Shown here piece after piece: positions 8,380 to 14,672 of a stretch of 24,000 bases of DNA; within the stretch, counting starts at the first letter, position 1; each line of letters begins with the position of its first letter. Under the pieces are notes generated by a model. It made no database searches. It had not been told where the DNA came from and worked only from the letters and a program-made list of their open reading frames with translations. Location of the stretch: NCBI GenBank assembly GCA_018378255.1, contig JAGZXV010000001.1, positions 58,015-82,014 of the forward strand. The letters are read 5' to 3'. The translations under genes and the position numbers were made by a program. The DNA comes from Clostridiaceae bacterium (GTDB lineage: Bacteria; Bacillota; Clostridia; Lachnospirales; Lachnospiraceae).

Positions 8380-8525
8380 ACGGATGTAAACGCAGGTTAA
8401 AACAGGTTTTAAGACACAAATACTCCTTTTTTTCATCACAATTCCTTCATAATTACTGGCTATATTATTAAGTGTAAAGAGGTTATGAGGATTTAACAGA
8501 TAGATAGATGAAAGAAAGGAGCGGA

Positions 8526-9740
8526 ATGATTATGATTAAAAATTTAGCGAAGAAAGCTGCAGGCATTACAGCGGCAGCACTTTTATTTGGTACAGTATCA
8601 GGCAGTGTGATGGCAGGATTAAATGCATGGAGCAGTTCGGTTCTGGAAGTGAAGGAGAGCCGGGCGGTTCCCCAGAAAACGGCGGCGGTCAGCGCCCGGA
8701 ACACCGGAACCGGCGTTTCAGGCGGAACCATTCAGACAATAGGAGTGACCGACGTTTCAGGTATCGTGGAACAGGCCATGCCGTCCGTGGTTGCCATTAC
8801 AGATAAAATGACCGTGGAACAGATGACATTTTTCGGTCCCCAGAGTTATGAGGCTGAAAGCAGCGGTTCCGGCATTATTATCGGAGAAAATGATACAGAA
8901 CTTCTGATTGCGACCAACAACCATGTGGTTGACGGCGCCCAGAACATGACAGTGACATTTGTGGATGAGACATCGGTGGAAGCAGCCATAAAAGGTACGG
9001 ATGCCGCATCGGATCTGGCTGTTATAGCCGTACCGCTGGATAAAATACCTTCTGATACCATGAGCAGGATTAAAGCCGCTAATATCGGAGATTCCGACAG
9101 CTTAAAGGTTGGACAGCAGGTGGTGGCGATCGGTAATGCGCTGGGTGAAGGCCAGTCTGCAACGGTCGGTTATGTCAGCGCTTTAGACCGCAAAGTAAAA
9201 GGCCAGGATGGAACCGAGCATACATTTATCCAGACGGATGCAGCCATTAATCCTGGAAACAGCGGCGGCGCATTATTGGATTTAGCCGGCAACCTGATCG
9301 GTATTAATGCTGCGAAGACAGCGTCTACGGAAGTGGAAGGCATGGGATATGCGATTCCTATTTCCAAAGCAATGGAAATTCTGGATCCGTTAATGACGAA
9401 ACAGACCCGGGTGAAGGTGGATGATGAGAAACGGGGCTGGCTGGGAATTGAAGGAACCAACATTGATGCCCAGGCATCACAGGCATATGATATGCCGGTT
9501 GGAATCTTTGTATATAAGATTCTGGATGACGGAGCAGCCGCTGGCTCGGATTTAAGAGAAAAAGATATTATTACGAAATTTGACGGACAGTCTGTTACCA
9601 CATTGGGACAGCTGCAGAATATGCTGACTTACTATGAGAAAGGTTCTAAAGTGACATTGACCGTCCAGTCCCTGGCAGATGGAGAATACCAGGAACGGGA
9701 GGTAGAGATTACGCTGGGAGGCCAGCAGAATACCAATTAA
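8526..9740 (+). CDS. htrA: HtrA/DegP-family (S1C) serine protease with C-terminal PDZ domain
   Basis: N-terminal membrane anchor, trypsin-like domain with catalytic Ser motif GNSGGAL, and a PDZ-like C-terminus. AGGAG at 8517-8521 makes ATG 8526 or 8532 more likely than the ORF-track start at 8508. Confidence 0.88.
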   Translation: MIMIKNLAKKAAGITAAALLFGTVSGSVMAGLNAWSSSVLEVKESRAVPQKTAAVSARNTGTGVSGGTIQTIGVTDVSGIVEQAMPSVVAITDKMTVEQMTFFGPQSYEAESSGSGIIIGENDTELLIATNNHVVDGAQNMTVTFVDETSVEAAIKGTDAASDLAVIAVPLDKIPSDTMSRIKAANIGDSDSLKVGQQVVAIGNALGEGQSATVGYVSALDRKVKGQDGTEHTFIQTDAAINPGNSGGALLDLAGNLIGINAAKTASTEVEGMGYAIPISKAMEILDPLMTKQTRVKVDDEKRGWLGIEGTNIDAQASQAYDMPVGIFVYKILDDGAAAGSDLREKDIITKFDGQSVTTLGQLQNMLTYYEKGSKVTLTVQSLADGEYQEREVEITLGGQQNTN

Positions 9741-9741
9741 A

Positions 9742-10836
9742 TCATTGTGAATATGTTTCTATAACAGGGTCTTTCATCTCATAGACCCTGTTATATTCTT
9801 TTGTTTCCTGATTCTTAAAGGTTTCGGACCGGTTCATGGACAGGAATTTTATCAATTCATAACAGTCGACCCAGATTTCATTGTTGCCCTCTTTTTGTGA
9901 TTCATCAAAAATAAGCTGAAGGCCGAAATGCAGATGCGGTTCGTCGATATTATTGGTATTTTCCGTCCGGCTGTATCCGGTGCGGCCCAGATATCCGATC
10001 ACATCACCGGCTTTTACAATACTTCCTTCTTTCAGGCTTTTATGATAGGGATAATTCTTTCTCAGATGGGCGTAATAATAGTACCTTTTTTTATCGAAGC
10101 TGCGGATACCCAGACGCCACCCGCCGTATTGGTTCCACCCAATTGCCTCCACATAGCCTGATTCCACAGCTATAACAGGGGTTCCCACCTGCCCCATGAG
10201 ATCATGTCCCAGATGCTGTCTCCTGTAGCCGTAAGAACGGGAGGTGCCGAAATCGTCGAAATCAGTATAGGGGAAATTCTTGGCAATGGGGGAAAATGCC
10301 TTGAGCCCATATTTGGTAAGCCATACATTTTCGGATTCATTTTTTTCTTCCCCGTCAGCGGATTCGGTCAGCATAGAGGCCGGAACCTCGGAAGGAGGAA
10401 CCTGAATTTCATAGAGGCCGACCATACCGCCTAAAACTGCGCCGTAAGCTTCTTTATAATAAGAAAAATATTTCATATCCTTTGTCAATGCTTCCAGGTT
10501 TTCACCGTTTTGCAGTTTTTCTGCAAAGTCCTTCATATCCTGGGAACGGTATTTGGAAAAGTCTCCTCCGTATTTGGCCCCAAGATAGGCCAGCATATCG
10601 ATCCAGTCCAGATGAACGTCTTTTTGATAGCTGTTCATATCCAACTGAAGGGCCATTTTCATGGCTTCTGATGTCACATCAAAATCCACCCATTTAATGT
10701 ATTTCGGGGCATCGGAAGAGGTCGCTGTATTCGTATTAGTGCTGTCTGCAGGATACGGGGCAACGCGGTGCCATAACAGGGACCCGGTCAGCATAAGAAG
10801 CAGCAGACATTCTATGTAAATGATTTTCCGGCTCAT
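9742..10836 (-). CDS. M23-family metallopeptidase (peptidoglycan endopeptidase type), membrane anchored
   Basis: 364 aa with an N-terminal hydrophobic anchor. M23 motifs HLGHD (HxxxD) and PHLHFGLQ (HxH). GAGG RBS upstream. Confidence 0.88.
   Translation of the reverse strand: MSRKIIYIECLLLLMLTGSLLWHRVAPYPADSTNTNTATSSDAPKYIKWVDFDVTSEAMKMALQLDMNSYQKDVHLDWIDMLAYLGAKYGGDFSKYRSQDMKDFAEKLQNGENLEALTKDMKYFSYYKEAYGAVLGGMVGLYEIQVPPSEVPASMLTESADGEEKNESENVWLTKYGLKAFSPIAKNFPYTDFDDFGTSRSYGYRRQHLGHDLMGQVGTPVIAVESGYVEAIGWNQYGGWRLGIRSFDKKRYYYYAHLRKNYPYHKSLKEGSIVKAGDVIGYLGRTGYSRTENTNNIDEPHLHFGLQLIFDESQKEGNNEIWVDCYELIKFLSMNRSETFKNQETKEYNRVYEMKDPVIETYSQ
9761..9806 (+). terminator. Intrinsic terminator of htrA, embedded in the 3' coding end of the convergent M23 gene
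   Basis: Perfect 12-bp stem ATAACAGGGTCT (9761-9772) / AGACCCTGTTAT (9783-9794), followed by ATTCTTTTGTTT. Confidence 0.55.
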
Positions 10837-11023
10837 TTTTACCTCTCTATTCTGCCGTATCCGGCAATTTTATTCGGTCTATTATAGATTCTTCTCCTAC
10901 ATAAAAAATATGCGGTGCGGCTTTCATTTATGCACAAAACAAGGAAGAGGTCCAATAGAAAAAAAGAAATGTTTGATAAATAACAAACAATAATAATAGT
11001 TTACAGAAAATATTGCAAATCAC

Positions 11024-11051
11024 TTGACTGAAATCAGAAAAATGATATAAT
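11024..11051 (+). promoter_or_regulatory. Sigma-A type promoter for the 127-aa gene
   Basis: TTGACT (11024-11029), 16-nt spacer, TGaTATAAT extended -10 (TATAAT at 11046-11051). Confidence 0.5.
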
Positions 11052-11093
11052 GATAAAAAGAGGAGAATCGAATTTTAGAAGGAGGATCGGTCT

Positions 11094-11477
11094 ATGGGAG
11101 ATAGTAAAAACATACCGTTACTGTTATTGGATAGTCAGACGTTATCCTATGTTTTGGGTAATGGTGAATTTCGCTTTACCAACCTGAAGTTTGATGAAGC
11201 AAAGGCGATTATCGAGATGAACGGATTGGAGAATGTAGTCCGGTGCTATATTAACCCGGAAATTGACATGGCCCTGCGCAACTATGTGAAAGTAGAAGAA
11301 ACAGCATTCCCATATCAGGAAACGCATGAAATTATGGTCGGGCAGGATGCAATCGCCATTAAGTTCTATGTAACTGCTTCCGGGACACAACCTATCATCC
11401 TTGGTGACGAAGGACAGCAGGCTAAGAAAATCCGCAATGTTTACGTATACTGCCAGCATGTAATCCGGTTAAAATAA
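11094..11477 (+). CDS. Hypothetical protein (127 aa); N-terminal pattern faintly reminiscent of the DUF1874/STIV-B116-like family (unverified)
   Basis: GGAGG 8 nt upstream of the ATG. The family hint rests only on remembered similarity around LLLLDS..L.....G.FRF..L..DEAKA. Confidence 0.55.
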   Translation: MGDSKNIPLLLLDSQTLSYVLGNGEFRFTNLKFDEAKAIIEMNGLENVVRCYINPEIDMALRNYVKVEETAFPYQETHEIMVGQDAIAIKFYVTASGTQPIILGDEGQQAKKIRNVYVYCQHVIRLK

Positions 11478-11572
11478 GCCTGGATCTCTGAACGAATCAG
11501 AGTTTAAGGTGATTTGGGCGGTCAGCCCCATTTGAGCCCAGTGCCGGTTTGAAAGGTAAATGAGCAAGTGAA

Positions 11573-11622
11573 GATTCGGGAGATCGACATGAAAAGCATT
11601 GTGGATTTCTCGGATCTTTTTT
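11573..11622 (+). terminator. Intrinsic terminator (plus-strand specific)
   Basis: 13-bp stem GATTCGGGAGATC (11573-11585) / GATTTCTCGGATC (11604-11616) containing three G-U pairs. These would be A-C mismatches on the minus strand. Followed by T6 (11617-11622). Confidence 0.6.
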
Positions 11623-11630
11623 GATATAAT
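11621..11630 (+). promoter_or_regulatory. Extended -10 promoter element upstream of the second Fe-ADH
   Basis: TTGATATAAT contains TGnTATAAT (TATAAT at 11625-11630), 45 nt upstream of the start codon. No good -35 was seen. Confidence 0.4.
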
Positions 11631-11674
11631 AGGTTTAATTTCTTTAAAATTATATAGGGATTGAGGAGGTTACG

Positions 11675-12853
11675 ATGAGAAATTTTGAGTTTTGTACTCC
11701 TACCAGAGTAGTATTTGGCAAGGATACGCAGAAGAAGGCAGGAAAATTAATCAAAGACTACGGATTTAAAAAGGTTTTAATCCATTACGGCGGCGGAAGT
11801 GTGATACGTTCCGGTTTACTGGACCAGGTGACGGATTCTTTGAAGGAATCGGGAATTGAATATGTGATGCTGGGCGGAGTTCAGCCCAATCCCACTCTTT
11901 CTCTGGCTAAAGAAGGCATTAAACTCTGCCTGGCAGAAGGCGTTGATTTTATCTTAGCTGTAGGCGGCGGAAGCGTAATCGATTCTGCAAAATGTATTGC
12001 AGACGGTGTGGCAAACCCGGATACCGATGTATGGAGATTTTTCACAGGGGAAGAAAGGCTGAGAAAATCTCTTCCTCAGGGCAATGTGCTGACACTGTCG
12101 GCTTCTGGCAGTGAGATGAGCAACTCCTGTGTAATCACCAATGAGGACGGAGGACTGAAACGTGGGCTCAGCTCCCAGCTTCACCGCCCGTTGTTTGCAA
12201 TCTGTAATCCGGAGCTTACCTATACGGTGAGCAAATACCAGACCGGCTGCGGCAGCGTTGATATCATGATGCATACCCTGGAACGCTATCTGGGCGCGGA
12301 TCAGAATACCCCTCTGACAGACCGGATTGCGGAAGGATTGTTAAAGACAGTTGCGGAAGCGGGTAAAATCGCGGATCAGGAACCGGACAACTATGAAGCC
12401 CGCGCCACTCTTATGTGGGCAGGCAGCCTTTCCCACAACAACCTGACAAGCGCCGGCCGTGACTTCTACATGCAGGTACATCAGATGGAGCATGAGCTGT
12501 CCGGTATGTATCCGCAGATATCCCACGGAGCCGGGCTGTCCGCATTATTCTGCACCTGGGCCAGATATGTATGCCCTTATAATGTGAACCGGTTTGCACA
12601 GCTTGCTGTCCGTGTATGGGGAATTGATATGAACTTCGAAGATCCGATGAAGACCGCTTTGGCCGGTATCGATGCATTTGAGAACTTCTTTAAGAGCATA
12701 GGAATGCCGGTCACAATCGGAGAGCTGGGAGTGGAAGAAGACAAGCTGGAAGAGCTGGCGGAAAAATGTACATTCTTCGGCAAGAGGACTTTGCCGGGAA
12801 TTAAGGAATTCGGAAAAGAAGAAATTCTGGAAGTCTACAGACGGGCTATGTAA
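11675..12853 (+). CDS. Iron-containing alcohol dehydrogenase, NAD(P)H butanol-dehydrogenase/YqhD-like
   Basis: 392 aa. The N-terminus FEF..PTRVVFG..., GGGSVIDSAKCIA and the His-rich metal site are typical of the Bdh/YqhD subfamily. GAGGAGG RBS upstream. Confidence 0.9.
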   Translation: MRNFEFCTPTRVVFGKDTQKKAGKLIKDYGFKKVLIHYGGGSVIRSGLLDQVTDSLKESGIEYVMLGGVQPNPTLSLAKEGIKLCLAEGVDFILAVGGGSVIDSAKCIADGVANPDTDVWRFFTGEERLRKSLPQGNVLTLSASGSEMSNSCVITNEDGGLKRGLSSQLHRPLFAICNPELTYTVSKYQTGCGSVDIMMHTLERYLGADQNTPLTDRIAEGLLKTVAEAGKIADQEPDNYEARATLMWAGSLSHNNLTSAGRDFYMQVHQMEHELSGMYPQISHGAGLSALFCTWARYVCPYNVNRFAQLAVRVWGIDMNFEDPMKTALAGIDAFENFFKSIGMPVTIGELGVEEDKLEELAEKCTFFGKRTLPGIKEFGKEEILEVYRRAM

Positions 12854-12894
12854 AATAAAGGGGAATCTTTATTTGAGTTATTGGTGGGAGTAAC

Positions 12895-13080
12895 GCCTGT
12901 AAGAAGGGAAACCTGGGGCAAAGGGCAAGGCCAGGCGGCCAAAGGGGCGGACCAAAGGTGACGGGGATCTGATTTCGACCGTTAAGTGGAACGGTCTCCA
13001 TAGGATCCCCGTCACCTTTGAACTGTACCCCTTTGGCCGCCTGGCCTTGCCCTTTGCCCCAGGTTCCCCTTCTTACAGGC
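12895..13080. repeat. Long imperfect palindrome E1 (186 nt), unclassified; candidate structured RNA or palindromic repeat element
   Basis: Checked base by base. 53-bp outer stem (12895-12947 / 13028-13080) with one A-C mismatch. Then a 5/7 internal loop, a 17-bp stem (12953-12969 / 13004-13020), a 7/7 internal loop, and a 7-bp stem GACCGTT/AACGGTC with loop AAGTGG. Confidence 0.9.
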
Positions 13081-13219
13081 TGTGTATTGGCTGCATTAAG
13101 GATAAAAAAGATTTTGGAAAAGGGAAAAAAGAAAATATAGTTTGATTGATGGGATATTGGACTTTTATGCGGAACATGACATGGAGATTTGATGTAAATG
13201 ACGTGGGGATTGACATTAA

Positions 13220-13253
13220 AACGTGAAGGCTTTTTCGAAAATGCCTTCACGTT
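13220..13253. repeat. Hairpin core of dispersed ~64-nt repeat, copy C
   Basis: AACGTGAAGGC.TTTT / AAAA.GCCTTCACGTT. The 64 nt at 13198-13261 match the reverse complement of 7801-7864 at 52 of 64 ungapped positions (counted by hand). Confidence 0.8.
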
Positions 13254-13316
13254 CGATGTTAAATTTATTTACAATTCTCAAAATTGTTTTTTGATCCCTT
13301 GCTCCAGAGAAAACCA

Positions 13317-13636
13317 GCAGGGAAGCGGGGAGGGCGGAGAAGCAGGGCGGGAACCTGAACGGAGGAATCAAACGATACAGGGGGCGTGTGGAAACCGTTT
13401 AGTGGAACTTAGGCTTCCAGCATGAAAAAAGGCGGGCAGAAACTGAAAACCGAATCAGTTTCTGAGATGCCCCTGAGCGGTAAAGTCATGAGGAGTTTAC
13501 CGTGAATGGGCATCGCACCGCCTTTTTTCATGCTGGGAGCCTTAGTTCCACTTAACGGTTGGAACCAGATCCCTGTATCGTTTGGTTCCTCCGTTCAGGT
13601 TCCCGCCCTGCTTCTCCGCCCTCCCCGCTTCCCTGC
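13317..13636. repeat. Long imperfect palindrome E2 (320 nt) with three-way-junction apex, unclassified; candidate structured RNA (plus strand favoured)
   Basis: Checked base by base. 66-bp outer stem (13317-13382 / 13571-13636) with a single U-G. A 10/10 asymmetric block (13383-13392 / 13561-13570). A 43-position inner stem (13393-13435 / 13518-13560) with 2 U-U and 1 U-G. An 82-nt apex holding two hairpins. Confidence 0.9.
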
Positions 13637-13675
13637 GTAACTCCTGCGTAACGTTCTCATTTAACTCTCAATTTT

Positions 13676-14482
13676 TTATATTAATTCAATAATTTCCCCA
13701 TCATCAGGAACAAATAATTTCCCTTCATAAAACGCCCGCCCTTCATTAAGATAGCGCTCTTTTCTATTCTCAATCGTCTTATCTTCCGTATGCCACAGCA
13801 CCAGATTCTGGATTCCCATTTCACCGGCCAGCTGGCAGGCGTCTTTTACTGTGCTGTGATGTTTTTCGTATGGATTGAACCGTTCCCTGTCTTCATATAA
13901 GCAGAACGCCTCGTGCAGCAGCCAATTGCTGCCGGAAACATGGGGCTCGCATTTGGGATTGTAGGGTTCATCGCCGGCGCAGGTCAGCTTCCGGCCGTTT
14001 TTTAACGTGGTGGTAAAGCCGTACTGCTTCGCTTTTGTAGAGTGAATATCGAAGAAAGTCACGTCATAATCCAGGATTTTGCGGGTTTCTCCATCGTGGA
14101 CGGGGATCAGGTGAATTCTGTCACCGATCATTTTATAGAATTTTCCCTGGACTGTGAGCCTGCATAAGGTATCGATGGTTGAAGTCAGGTCTTCGTGGCA
14201 GTAGATGTTGAGATCGCCCTCGTAAATTCCGTTTTTCATCCGGGTGGCAATCATTCGGATCATCCAGATGATGCCCAGAATGTGATCGGTATGTTCATGA
14301 GTGATGAAGATATGGTGTATCTGTTCCATTTTAATGCCCATGTCTTCCAGAATACGCAGGATTCCGTTGCCGCCTCCTGCGTCAACCATAAAAAACTGTT
14401 CATCGTCTTTCAACGCAAAACAGGTATTGTAGCAGCGGGTAACGGTGGCGTTGCCGGTTCCTAACACATATAATTGTTCCAT
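13676..14482 (-). CDS. MBL-fold metallo-hydrolase
   Basis: HxHxDH motif (THEHTDH). The start is taken at MEQLYVLGTG (ATG 14482) because AGGAG lies 10 nt upstream. The ORF-track start at 14542 has no RBS. Confidence 0.85.
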   Translation of the reverse strand: MEQLYVLGTGNATVTRCYNTCFALKDDEQFFMVDAGGGNGILRILEDMGIKMEQIHHIFITHEHTDHILGIIWMIRMIATRMKNGIYEGDLNIYCHEDLTSTIDTLCRLTVQGKFYKMIGDRIHLIPVHDGETRKILDYDVTFFDIHSTKAKQYGFTTTLKNGRKLTCAGDEPYNPKCEPHVSGSNWLLHEAFCLYEDRERFNPYEKHHSTVKDACQLAGEMGIQNLVLWHTEDKTIENRKERYLNEGRAFYEGKLFVPDDGEIIELI

Positions 14483-14672
14483 GTCCTTATTTCTCCTTTC
14501 AATCCCTTTTGGGGAGCTTGTACCCTCGTAAAAACTTTCCATTTAACCGATTCTATGGTACTATAAACTTATTATAAATGCAACTGCTCTTGAATTTCCG
14601 CCCGATTTCCATTGCCCCAGGGCTCTTAAAAGACGGGCGGAAGGCTGAGAACTGCTGTGAGGGGAGGTACGC

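Noticed and set aside
8140-8439. Antisense ORF (99 aa, GTG/ATG start with AAGGA upstream) overlapping the 3' half of mazF, considered as a possible unconventional antitoxin.
   Set aside because: The peptide is Cys/Pro/His-rich with no resemblance to any antitoxin fold and fully overlaps the toxin CDS. It is most likely a shadow ORF. An antisense RNA cannot be judged from sequence alone.
12846-13425. ORFs 12846..13250 (minus, 134 aa) and 13198..13425 (plus, 75 aa).
   Set aside because: They are read through the arms of E1, E2 and the hairpin repeat. There is no RBS and the peptides are repetitive Gly/Pro/Lys-rich. The same pseudo-peptide arises wherever the repeat occurs (also 7538..7864).
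12895-13636. E1/E2 as integron attC sites.
   Set aside because: attC sites are about 57-141 nt with RYYYAAC / GTTRRRY cores. E2 is 320 nt, neither element has proper core sites at its ends (only a near-match, GCGTAAC, at the right flank of E2), and there is no integrase or cassette array.
12895-13636. E1/E2 as retron msr-msd, IS200/IS605 omega-RNA (HEARO-like) or IS110 bridge-RNA loci.
   Set aside because: All of these need an adjacent reverse transcriptase, TnpB/IscB or recombinase gene. None is present within the window.
13317-13636. E2 as 6S RNA or a hammerhead-type ribozyme.
   Set aside because: 6S RNAs are about 180-200 nt with many small bulges, not 66-bp perfect GC-rich stems. The CTGAG strings in the apex do not satisfy the CUGANGA...GAAA hammerhead core.
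14596-14642. 9-bp stem TTCCGCCCG / CGGGCGGAA in the divergent MBL-hydrolase / fbp intergenic region.
   Set aside because: Short stem with a 29-nt loop and no associated T tract or recognisable riboswitch core. The evidence is insufficient.
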